DNA of 56,902 nucleotides from Pachysolen tannophilus NRRL Y-2460 (Eukaryota). The stretch covers positions 2,223,271 through 2,280,172 of the forward strand of contig KV454011.1 in NCBI GenBank assembly GCA_001661245.1. Reading direction: 5' to 3'. Positions within the stretch are counted from its first letter, which is position 1; every line of letters starts with the position of its first letter. Both the position numbers and the translations under genes were made by a program. The notes beneath the pieces were generated by a model that was not told where the DNA came from, made no database searches, and worked only from the letters and a program-made list of their open reading frames with translations. Below are positions 11,690-21,560 of the stretch, piece after piece.

Positions 11690-12709
11690 ATGGTAAGTGA
11701 AGAATGTATATATTTAATTTTTTTAAATTTATTGTAGTTTTTTTTTTTTTTTTTTTCTTTTACTAACATGAAATGATACGTATTGTATTATAATTTTATA
11801 TAGGTTACAATTGGTAACGCGCATGATGATTTGATTCATGATGCTGTTTTAGATTATTATGGGAAACGTTTAGCAACTTGTTCTTCAGACAAGACCATTA
11901 AGATATTTGAAGTTGAAGGGGAGACCCATAAGTTGGTGGATACATTGAGAGGTCATGATGGTCCAGTTTGGCAAGTTAGTTGGGCACATCCAAAATTTGG
12001 TGTTATATTAGCATCTTGTTCTTATGATGGGAAAGTTTTGATTTGGAAAGAAGAGAATGGTTCTTGGTCAAGTATAGCTGAACATGCAATTCATCAGGCT
12101 TCGGTGAACAGTGTATCGTGGGCTCCTCATGAATATGGGCCAATTTTATTATGTTCATCTAGTGATGGGAAAATTTCTGTTGTAGAATTTAAAGAAAATG
12201 GTACTTTAACACCTATTGTCATACAAGCTCATGCAATTGGTTGTAATGCTGCCTCATGGGCGCCTGCATCTTCTGTTTCACTCCAGCAAAACGGTAATGG
12301 TAATGGTAATGGTAGTTTATCAGAAAGAAGATTTGTTAGTGGTGGTTGTGATAATTTAGTAAAAATTTGGAAATATGATGAATTAAAAAATACATATATT
12401 GAAGAATATGTTCTTGAAGCTCATTCGGATTGGGTTAGAGATGTAGCTTGGTCTCCATCCTTATTAACAAAATCATATATTGCTTCAGCTTCTCAGGATA
12501 GAACAGTTTATATATGGACTAAAGATGATAAACTGACAACATGGGAAAAAAAATTATTAAAAGATGACAAATTCCCAGATGTTTGTTGGAGAGCAAGTTG
12601 GTCCTTAAGTGGTAATATTTTAGCAATCTCAGGAGGTGATAATAAAGTTACCTTATGGAAAGAAAGTTTACAAGGTAAATGGGAATTGGCAGGTGAAGTT
12701 GATCAGTGA
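11690..12709 (+). CDS. SEC13: COPII/nuclear pore WD40 protein; exons 11690-11692 and 11804-12709
   Basis: Spliced start [32 protein letters not shown] repeats; [12 protein letters not shown]. Confidence 0.96.
11693..11803 (+). other. Spliceosomal intron of SEC13, immediately after the ATG
   Basis: ATG|GTAAGT, TACTAAC at 11761, TAG acceptor at 11801-11803. Confidence 0.93.
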
Positions 12710-12905
12710 TTCTTCTTGTAATAAAAAAAAGAAAAAAAAGTATTAGATCTATGTAATTTGTTTTCTTTTCATTTTCTTTTTTTTTGTAACAAACGCTTTC
12801 TAGGAAAAAAAAAAAGAAGTAAAATTTAATATAATATAATTTATATAATTTATTTTATTTTTATCTACTATTTTTAAAAGAGTTTATCAATATCAAAAAG
12901 TAAAG

Positions 12906-12909
<4 letters not shown>

Positions 12910-12961
<52 letters not shown>
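12910..12961. repeat. Poly(dA) tract of about 52 nt between the convergent SEC13 and HRD3 ends
   Basis: Uninterrupted A run. Confidence 0.9.
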
Positions 12962-12963
<2 letters not shown>

Positions 12964-12995
12964 AAAGGATTTATATACACAGTTTGTTTTTATAT

Positions 12996-15505
12996 TTAAA
13001 GAGGAATAACCATGAAATTGAATTCAAAATTAGGACGATTGTCATTATCGTTATTACCTCCGGCTTCTCCTGCTGCTACTCTTTGTTCAAATCTTCTTCT
13101 TGTTCTGTTATGAATGTATATGAATGACCCAACTGCTAGCAGCAAGAATGCAAATATTATCAAATCGTCAAAATCCTCATCTACCATCAGTGCATTATTT
13201 TCATTTGCCTGTTGTCGTCCTTGGTTCTCATTTTCATTATTATTATTATTATTATTGTTATTATTGTTATTGTTATTGTTATTATTGTTGTTATCATTAT
13301 TCACCAGGTTATTCTGATCCAGGATATTTTCATTCAAAAATTCATTATTTGTCTTTTTAATACTTCTGTACAAATTTTTCCAATCACTCCAAGTTCTTCT
13401 CTTTTTAGTTCTATTCTCATCTTCCATACCTTTTGATCCTAATAATCTACTAAACCACATTTTAATTTTTAGTTTAATCAATGCTAATTGAATTGGTAAA
13501 TATGCATCATTTCTTTTCCCTATCATTGTTTTACTTAATAATGCTAGATCATAATATCTTTTTGCCAAATGATAATCTTTAGGAACTCCAAGTCCCATTT
13601 CATACATGTAACCTAAATTGAAACTACCTTGACTTGAATGTCTACTAGAAGCATCTTGATAATATGAAGCAGCTCTATTGTAATCTGGAGGAACAGAATA
13701 AGAATCATTACCAATTTCTTGGGAAAGAGCACCATAATAATATAAATCTCCTAAAAAGACGGTTGAATCAATATTGAATTGTTTTGAAGATCTTGAATAA
13801 TAAGTAAGAGCAGATTGAAATCTAGAAATTGGTAATTTTGGTAAACTTTCTAAATATGGGATTGCTTGATATAAAAGAAACCCTGTAGATGATTGAGCAG
13901 TTTCATAACCTTGTTCTGCAGCCATTGCATAACCAATAAGAGCTAATTCCATGTGATTTTTGGTCAATTTTTTGAAAGCCCATTCCAACGTTGTTATAAT
14001 TGGCTCAATTTTTTCAACAAAAGCTTTATAAATCACAACAGTATCTTCACATGATTTCTTGCCATTTACACCTTTCTCATAAAGAGTTCCAAGATAATAT
14101 GTTGCTTCTTCACAACCACCATAAGCTGCACGTTGCATATATTCAAATCCTTTAGCAGTATCTCCCTTTTTCAATAGATATCTAGCATAATAAAATAAGC
14201 ATCTTTCATTTTTTTGATATGAAACCGATGAATAGTAAAGGTCAGCCATTGCATCATTTGGTTCTTCCAAACCAAGACCATATTCATATATTAATCCCAA
14301 ATCACAAATCGCTTCTATTGAATTAACTGCTTTTTCAGCTTCTTTTAACCATTTAAGAGCCTCATGATAATCTTGTTCTGTTCCTTCACCTCTTAAATAC
14401 ATGTGACCAACCATAGAACAGCATTTAGCTGTGAAAAGTCTATCCACAGGTCTATCACCAGACTCTGGGGTTATTTTACTTAATAGTTCTACCCCATGAG
14501 TGGCACATTCATATGATTTTTCAAATGCTTGTTTATAATCTCTTTTATGGAAATAATCACCAGAATAATAAGCTTTAGATTGATAATAAAGTTGAACTGA
14601 TCTATGATCAGCTGGATCAATATTAATTTCATTAAAGATATTTTTATCATACCCATGATTTTCTGTATTACGTACTAATGAATTAGGTTGTTCACTAGCC
14701 TTTTTACCATAAAGTCCTCCAGAAAAATCCGAAATTCTAACTGAATAACTATCTATATTAGGACCACCTATTGGGCCATTATTAATGAACTCCAATGATT
14801 TTTGAGCTACTATATTATAATAATATAATGCCAATTCACAATTTCTAGGAACAGAAATTCCTTGATAGTAACGATACCCTAAAACCATTGTTGCCCTCAA
14901 ATCACCCATTTCATGAGCAGTTTGATAATGTAATAAAGATTTTGCTTGATTAAACTCAACTTCACCGAAAAGCCCAGTTGCATAAATAAAACCTAGCATA
15001 TAATGAGCAGTAGCATTTTCTCTATTTATATCAGCTAATTTATTATAATATTGTAATGAAAGAGAACCATTTCTTGGAATTGAATAATTTCCAAACATAT
15101 TCATTTCAGCCAACATAAAAGTAGCATCCAGATTATTTAGATCAGAAGCCTGTTGTAATAACTCCAAAGCTCTTAATTGATCTCTCCTCAAAGTTGACAT
15201 ATCGTACATATAATCTCGTCTCACACTATATTCGTTATAATCAATGTTATACATAATCGTCCGACTTTCATCCTCATCTTCATTAATCAATTTAAAATAA
15301 TCCAAAGTTTCAAAATCCTCATCATCATCTGTCTTGAAAGGATACAACAAATCTAGAGCTTGATAATATAACTCCTGAGCAAAAGGTAACGACTCATTCC
15401 TATTAGCTTGTAATACCTGCTGTCCATTCTTGTCTTCATCATATTTCAAATTACCTGATTTCAATTCCGATTCCGATTCAAATTCAAATTCAAATTCTGA
15501 ACCAA
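12996..15505 (-). CDS. HRD3: ERAD Sel1-repeat protein Hrd3, main exon; separated from its promoter and exon 1 in this assembly
   Basis: Multiple Sel1 repeats (AHYMLGFIYATGLFG, ATMVLGYRYYQGISV, FNLGYMYEMGLGVPKDYHLAKRYYD), AAEQGYETAQ and a C-terminal TM helix. No ATG or signal peptide at the ORF start; a 3' splice site (AACTGAT...TTTAATAG) ends at 15506. Confidence 0.9.
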
Positions 15506-16320
15506 CTATTAAAAAGTTCAATTGATCTATAATCAGTTTTAGATGATACAATATCGATTTTTTCTAAATCTGAATTTAAATCATATTTAATTGGGTTAAA
15601 GTTTGGAATTCTATATTCATTTGATTCTGTTGATTTCCTAGAAGTTAACTTTGCCAATTCTAAAGGACCAATATTTGAAATCACATCCACATCCGATGCA
15701 AATCTACTATTTATCATGTTTGTTCTTTTCTTTAAATCATACTTGTTAATTTCTCGAAGTTTTAAATAATAACTAGTCAAATCATTAAAGATTTTATATC
15801 CATCATAGAATTCTCTTACTTGACTCCTAATAATCTTACTCAATGAAGATCGAGGCTTCTCAACAATCCCAGTATTATAAGACCAATGCGATTCATTATC
15901 TTGTTGGTTGGGACATGTAAACCCAAATGATTTCCCAATAAGTTGACCTTCATTATCCTTATGATCTTTAAAAGTAATGTTCAAACTAGAATAACATCTG
16001 GGACAATTGAAACAATTCCCTGAACAATAACTGTACTCCAATTTCATCTCTAGCATACAATGAGGACAGAATTTACATTCCACCTCAGGCTCCAAACATT
16101 TCCTACACCTTATAGAACAACAAGTTGAACAAAACCATAAATTGGAAATCGGATGTAATGTGTTTTCATCTAAAATTGTACTCGGTATCAATGATTTCTC
16201 ATCATCTTCAGTTACAACATCAACAACATCAACCACATCATTAACCGGCTCAGAGCAAGGGCAAAATATCAATATCTCCGGCCTCTCGCCATCGGATAAC
16301 TCATCATCGAGTAAATCCAT
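15490..16320 (-). CDS. Dynactin p62 (DCTN4)-like protein, N-terminal half; genuine part ends at about 15537
   Basis: Cys-rich p62 pattern LHPISNLWFCSTCCSIRCRKCLEPEVECKFCPHCM...CSGNCFNCPRCYSSL; the last ~15 codons run into the HRD3 intron remnant and exon 2. Confidence 0.82.
   Translation of the reverse strand: MDLLDDELSDGERPEILIFCPCSEPVNDVVDVVDVVTEDDEKSLIPSTILDENTLHPISNLWFCSTCCSIRCRKCLEPEVECKFCPHCMLEMKLEYSYCSGNCFNCPRCYSSLNITFKDHKDNEGQLIGKSFGFTCPNQQDNESHWSYNTGIVEKPRSSLSKIIRSQVREFYDGYKIFNDLTSYYLKLREINKYDLKKRTNMINSRFASDVDVISNIGPLELAKLTSRKSTESNEYRIPNFNPIKYDLNSDLEKIDIVSSKTDYRSIELFNSWFRI
15537..15554 (-). repeat. Left inverted repeat of the 1.1-kb inverted segment
   Basis: Minus strand reads ATATTGTATCATCTAAAA; 17/18 identical to 16637-16654 on the plus strand. 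Confidence 0.85.
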
Positions 16321-16558
16321 CTCATATTCTTATTATTATCTATAAAAATAACTAAAAATTGGAAAGACGTGTTTTTCAACTACTTTTTATTATATATATA
16401 AATTGATCATCATCATATCATATCATATCATATAATATAATATAAAGTTAATAATTAAAACTAGAACATAGGAAGAAATCATATAAACTCGGGAGGAAGA
16501 GGTTTATCATTTTTTTTTTTAAATTCTAATCTTATCTATAGATGTCTATTAGTTGCTA

Positions 16559-16604
16559 ATGGTTTGCTTATGGACTTTGGTATTGGAATTGCTGGTAGTA
16601 CTGC
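16559..16604 (+). CDS. HRD3: Displaced exon 1 (signal peptide) of HRD3
   Basis: ATG at 16559 encodes hydrophobic MVCLWTLVLELAVVA (CTG=Ala), followed by a phase-1 GTAAGA donor at 16605 that matches the phase of the acceptor at 15506. Confidence 0.72.
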
Positions 16605-16629
16605 GTAAGAAAATTCAAACAGAATACCA

Positions 16630-17388
16630 ATGAATAATATTGAATCATCTAAAAGCCAACAGAAAGAAAATTTGTTTCCATTACATCAGAAACTTCGATC
16701 AAAAATATCATTGCGATGCAAGAAATGTAGAGATCAAATAATGAAACCAGATTCTGATCCTATATCTACAAAATTTTACAAGAGTAATAATGCTACTACT
16801 GTGCTCCCATTTATACAAATTTCTCCATTGTTAAACAACTTATACAACAACAAATTCATTCCAAATTCCAAAGTTCAATTATTGATGAGTTTTATAAATT
16901 ATTCACCTCAAGAAATGGAAATTTCAATTTCAAGTCTTGATAAATTGTCTCTAACTAAAAATTTCACAGAAACTACTTCGTTATCTGATAACTTTATCAA
17001 GATAAACCTTCCATGCTCAAGTTTTAAACTCAAGCAACAACCTAAAAATCCATTAAAATTGGAAAACTTGATAACAACAATTCCAACTGTGGAATTAAAC
17101 AATTATTCAAGGCTATCAAGAACAGAGCTAATTAATAGAAACAAAGTTATTAAGCGACTCAGTACACCGTCAACCGGCAATTCTCAAACAGTACCTTTAG
17201 ATTCAGGAATCAACTGGTGTACAATCCCATTAGAATTATCAATTGGTGATCTCAGTCAGAATCTCAATCAATACAAAACTCAGTTGAAGATACCATTTTT
17301 CATTAGTATAAAGCAAAAACAAACAGAGAATATAGAGCAGGCATTTGGGATTTGGATAATCGCAAAGTTGGGATATATAGAAGCATAG
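16630..17388 (+). CDS. Dynactin p62 (DCTN4)-like protein, C-terminal half; genuine part starts at about 16655
   Basis: LFPLHQKLRSKISLRCKKCRDQIMKPD matches the p62 motif LxPxxxxLRxKxSxRCxxCxHxxxKP; followed by beta-rich segments and GINWCTIPL. Confidence 0.8.
   Translation: MNNIESSKSQQKENLFPLHQKLRSKISLRCKKCRDQIMKPDSDPISTKFYKSNNATTVLPFIQISPLLNNLYNNKFIPNSKVQLLMSFINYSPQEMEISISSLDKLSLTKNFTETTSLSDNFIKINLPCSSFKLKQQPKNPLKLENLITTIPTVELNNYSRLSRTELINRNKVIKRLSTPSTGNSQTVPLDSGINWCTIPLELSIGDLSQNLNQYKTQLKIPFFISIKQKQTENIEQAFGIWIIAKLGYIEA
16637..16654 (+). repeat. Right inverted repeat of the 1.1-kb inverted segment
   Basis: ATATTGAATCATCTAAAA; perfect 11-bp core ATCATCTAAAA shared with 15547-15537 on the minus strand. 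Confidence 0.85.
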
Positions 17389-17560
17389 ATAGCATAGAAG
17401 TTAATAGAGTCTTTTGTCAATCTCATCAACTTTTGTATTATATTGTATATATTTGTATGTATTCATGTACGTAACGCGCCTTAAAATTATTTATTCAAAA
17501 ATAAAATAAACCAAAACATCAAATTAATAATTAATACAAAAAAAGTTAGCTGAGACAGAG

Positions 17561-18043
17561 ATGGCGTTGGCAAAGAGATCATCCGGAGCGATTGATGAGG
17601 GACTGGAAAGGGAAAGGGAACGAGAACAGGAACAGGAACAGGAACCTCAGTTTTCAACAACTGCTTTAGCAAGAATTTTCCATACGGTTGCATTTGAAAA
17701 TGGAGATACAAGAATAACGAACAGAACTTTGGAGCTTTCGGCAGAATACCTTCGAATGTTTACCAGAGAAGCAATATTAAGGGCAAATGAGGTCAGGATT
17801 CAGGAGTCAATCAAGAATAATAATAAGTTTAAAGTGGAATTAGCTAATAATGTTACGAATAAAAAAGAAAAAAGACCTACTGCTGCTGATCATGAAGATG
17901 ATATGAATCAACATAGTGTAGACGAGGATGATGATGATGATGATACAGATAGAAATGGAGGATCGGGACAGGAGCTCATTGGGGATGTTTTGGATACAAG
18001 GCATTTACAAGATGTGTCAGGGTTGTTACTTTTAGATTTTTGA
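17561..18043 (+). CDS. MHF2: CENP-X/Mhf2 histone-fold protein with an acidic insertion
   Basis: TRITNRTLELSAEYLRMFTREAILRA and C-terminal LQDVSGLLLLDF. Confidence 0.85.
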   Translation: MALAKRSSGAIDEGLEREREREQEQEQEPQFSTTALARIFHTVAFENGDTRITNRTLELSAEYLRMFTREAILRANEVRIQESIKNNNKFKVELANNVTNKKEKRPTAADHEDDMNQHSVDEDDDDDDTDRNGGSGQELIGDVLDTRHLQDVSGLLLLDF

Positions 18044-18148
18044 AAATTGTGAATATAAACATCTACTTAAATAAATTAAAAAAATATTAAAAAATATTAG
18101 TCTTTTGTTCCGAATATTAATAAACTAGTAAAAATAATATGGAAATAA

Positions 18149-19912
18149 TTAATGAGCATGATCACTTGGATCTATTTTAAAAATTTTATCAGGGTTTAAA
18201 ATTCTTAGTGGGTCCAATGACATTTTCAATTTCCTCATTAATGCTACCACATCTTCACCCATTTCTTCTACAAGGTATTCTCTTTTACCATATCCAATAG
18301 CGTGTTCCCCGGTACATGTTCCTTCTAATTCCAATGCTTTTTTAACCATTCTATCAACCAAGTACTGTGCAGTCAGTCTTTGTTCTGGTTTGAACAACAA
18401 AAAAGAATGGAAATTACCATCACCAGCGTGAGCAACCAATGTAGCATTTAATCCAGAATCTTCAATTTCTTTTTTCATTTCTTTCAAAATAATTGGTAAA
18501 TTAGAAATTGGAACTGCTACATCTGTTGTCCAAATTTGAATATCACTACTAATGTTTGCCCTACCGTAGTTTATAGTAGACCATAAAGCAACTTTTCTAG
18601 CACTCCAAAGTTCTTCTTTATCCTCTGGAGATTCTGCAAATTGAAAAGAAGAATTATTATTCTGTTTACAAAGAATTCTTAATTTCTCTGATCGGTGTTT
18701 AATTTCATCTTTAGAATCACCACCTATTTTGAAAAATAATGTTGTCAATTCATCAAATTTCTTGGAAAGTTCACCTGATCGATTTATATACATCATCATT
18801 TTATCATCAACCATTTCCATTGCATTGACATCAATTCCTTGTGCTACAACTTCAGCACAAACTTTAGCAGAATCTTCAATTGTTGGGAAACTAACTACAG
18901 CAACATGTTCAACTTTTGGTTTAACATGTAGTTTCAAGGTTGCCTCAGTGACAATACCTAATGTACCTTCACTACCGATAAATAAACCATTTAAATTATA
19001 ACCTGCGGACGATTTTGTAGATCTTTTCTTGGTTTTAATAATGGTTCCGTCAGCTAAAACCACAGTTAAATTAACAACATTTTCTTTCATTGTTTTATAT
19101 TTTAATGCCTTAGTTCCAGAACAACTATTGGCAATACAACCACCTATCATGGCTCCTGGACCAGGGTCAACACCAATCATCAAATTATATTTAGCCAATT
19201 CCTCATCTAATGATTCCCAACCAATACCAGGTTGTACAACGACATCTAAATCATCCTTATGTATTGAAACAATTTTATCCATATGTGAACAGTCAATACA
19301 GATTCCACCTCTTGTAGGAATAAAGTGACCTTCCAATGAAGAAAGACCACTTGTTGGAACAACAGGAATGATATAATGATGACAAATTTTCATGATTTTA
19401 CTAACTTCTTCAGTAGATTTTGGATATATTATATATTTTGAAATTTGAGTTGGACCAGCATGATGAGAATTGAAATAAGTATCAGCATGATCTTTTAATT
19501 CAGATTGATTCTCTGAAATTTGATCTTCTTTTAAAAATTCACGAAGATCTTTAATAGCATTTGCCAAATCAGTTGGTCCACCATAAACCGGAGGACTAAG
19601 ATCATACAATTTTGTAATTGATGAACGAGGGAAAAGAGCTTCTGGTGGATGTAAACTAATATTATAAGAAGAATAGACTGTACCCAGAAGAACTCCTGTA
19701 ACAAACACAAGACCTGAAGTGATTAAGTAACTTTTCGACTCTTTCTTTTGGTCATCATCTTTCCCATCTTTAGTACCCGAATTAAACCGTTGTTGAGTGA
19801 ATTGCAATGGTAATGATAACCTCGATCTAGATTGAAACCATAAATTCTTAGAATCAACCTTAATTGATCTCTTTACAGCACTTTCCAAATTCTTCTTAGT
19901 TGACCTTATCAT
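18149..19912 (-). CDS. DLD1: Mitochondrial D-lactate dehydrogenase (cytochrome), FAD-linked oxidase
   Basis: Basic presequence plus TM segment; SSLEGH, DPGPGAMIGG, SSAGYNLNGLFIGSEGTLG, HAGDGNFH, GTCTGEH, LNPDKIF. Confidence 0.93.
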   Translation of the reverse strand: MIRSTKKNLESAVKRSIKVDSKNLWFQSRSRLSLPLQFTQQRFNSGTKDGKDDDQKKESKSYLITSGLVFVTGVLLGTVYSSYNISLHPPEALFPRSSITKLYDLSPPVYGGPTDLANAIKDLREFLKEDQISENQSELKDHADTYFNSHHAGPTQISKYIIYPKSTEEVSKIMKICHHYIIPVVPTSGLSSLEGHFIPTRGGICIDCSHMDKIVSIHKDDLDVVVQPGIGWESLDEELAKYNLMIGVDPGPGAMIGGCIANSCSGTKALKYKTMKENVVNLTVVLADGTIIKTKKRSTKSSAGYNLNGLFIGSEGTLGIVTEATLKLHVKPKVEHVAVVSFPTIEDSAKVCAEVVAQGIDVNAMEMVDDKMMMYINRSGELSKKFDELTTLFFKIGGDSKDEIKHRSEKLRILCKQNNNSSFQFAESPEDKEELWSARKVALWSTINYGRANISSDIQIWTTDVAVPISNLPIILKEMKKEIEDSGLNATLVAHAGDGNFHSFLLFKPEQRLTAQYLVDRMVKKALELEGTCTGEHAIGYGKREYLVEEMGEDVVALMRKLKMSLDPLRILNPDKIFKIDPSDHAH

Positions 19913-20286
19913 TTCTGTTACCTTTTACCATCCAATAACAACTTCCATAAACCTGTTTTTACAATCATGTATTATTATTATTATTATTATTCGGACAAAT
20001 CTAATTATTTACTTTTCTCGCTATTTATATATAGGCGAGATATCTATGATCAACTACTAAATCTATTAATATACAACAAGAGATGACTTATATGAGAGGC
20101 AATTAGTTATAATTTCCATGATTGTTGAACTAGTAACCTGCTATATAATTTAAACAAAAATAAAATAAAAATAACCAAACTAAACCAAACCAAACCAAAT
20201 TTCAATTGAATATTTCATTCAAACTCTGTATCTTTGTATCTCTATATAAAACTATATATATATATATATAATTTGATTTTTTTAAT

Positions 20287-21189
20287 TTATGATTGAAATA
20301 ATTCAGGACAAACTTTTGGTATATCAAGTATATTTCTGATTAATGATATTCCTTCATTTTCTGCACTTTTGCTTCTAACTGCTTCTAAATCTTCTTCTCT
20401 TTCGACATATTGAATAACATGTCCCCATCCAAACTTCTTTGCTGCCCGAGTGTTCAAGCCACTATCATCAACGAAATAAGCATTTTTTTTATCCAAGACT
20501 CCAGCTTCTTTCAAAGCTCTATCAAACATTTGAGGCATTGGTTTACAAATTAAGGGGAATTCTTCATAATGACAATAAGTTATACCATCAAATAAATCCC
20601 CAATTCCTAACAAGTGCACCACTCTTAAACCATGATTCTTATAAGCATTGGTAAATAACCATAATCTTTTACAAATTCCATTTTTTTTCAAAGAAAGAAG
20701 CATTTTTCTTAATTCTTCATTTGGTTTTAATATTTTTTCTAATGGTAATGCATCATCAACTAATTTGTTATAATCCAAAGCATTAATCTTATGATTTCTA
20801 ACAAGACCTTCAATGGCTAAACCATATTGAGTATAGTACCTATGATGTAGTCTATGAGCATCTTCATCGTTTAATTTTAAATTATCTTTGAAAAATTTAT
20901 GAATATAAATTTGCATTAAATCATGAATTTTTGTTGAACGCTCATATAAACAATTATCAATATCAAAGAAAAAAACAGGTTCATTATCCAGTTCAGTAAC
21001 AGATCCAAGACCATATGTTAATTTTAACGGAGGAATATATGAAGTCGATGAGTTCAAATGAACATGACTATCCTCTCTTAAGAGAATCTCATCAACTTTA
21101 GATTGTTCATTTTCAGAAAACAATTCATGTTCTTTCAAAATTTGAGCTTCCAAATCCTGGTTATTTATATCGTTTAACGGTAATGCCAT
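20287..21189 (-). CDS. SDT1: HAD-family pyrimidine 5'-nucleotidase (Sdt1/Phm8-like)
   Basis: FFFDIDNCLY, YGLAIEGL, LWLFTNAYKNH, CKP, FVDDS motifs. Confidence 0.88.
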   Translation of the reverse strand: MALPLNDINNQDLEAQILKEHELFSENEQSKVDEILLREDSHVHLNSSTSYIPPLKLTYGLGSVTELDNEPVFFFDIDNCLYERSTKIHDLMQIYIHKFFKDNLKLNDEDAHRLHHRYYTQYGLAIEGLVRNHKINALDYNKLVDDALPLEKILKPNEELRKMLLSLKKNGICKRLWLFTNAYKNHGLRVVHLLGIGDLFDGITYCHYEEFPLICKPMPQMFDRALKEAGVLDKKNAYFVDDSGLNTRAAKKFGWGHVIQYVEREEDLEAVRSKSAENEGISLIRNILDIPKVCPELFQS

Positions 21190-21560
21190 ATCTATATATA
21201 GTAGAAAGAGATATCCTCAACCTAATGGGTTGTCTCTGTTAAATGAATAAGTAAAATAAAATAAAAAAAATGAATGAATGAATAATTCAATTTAAAACAT
21301 ATATTAGTCAAAAATATAAAATGTATAATTTTGAAATCTTAAAAGGGAAGTAAGCAAAAAAATTGATAGAAAGAACAAAAAATGACCAAAATTAAAACCC
21401 ACCGGAACCCAAAGGAACCTAAAAGGAACCTAAAAGATTCCTCTGGGAACCCATAGAATCTTAGAGGATTTCATTTGAGAATGATAATATTAAAAGATTA
21501 GAAAGAAAAAAAAAAAGGAAAAAATTATGTATTTGCTTTACATTCTATTTTCTTTATGAT

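Noticed and set aside
12910..12961. Long poly(A) as a retroposon tail
   Set aside because: No target-site duplication or upstream element body; long A runs are common throughout the window.
13114..13436. Three overlapping plus-strand ORFs with poly-Leu, poly-Tyr/Cys and poly-Ile
   Set aside because: Antisense readings of the HRD3 poly-Asn microsatellite.
15490..15551. Programmed frameshift fusing the p62 N-half to HRD3, suggested by the overlapping same-strand ORFs
   Set aside because: The overlap is fully explained by the inversion breakpoint and intron remnant; a cytosolic p62 fused to a luminal Hrd3 without a signal peptide makes little sense.
1..21189. Nucleobase salvage cluster (NCS1 permease, PNP1, SDT1)
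   Set aside because: The genes are separated by many unrelated housekeeping genes; probably coincidental.
21400..21452. GGAACC repeats upstream of SDT1
   Set aside because: Short degenerate 10-11 bp slippage repeat like many others in the window; no further support.
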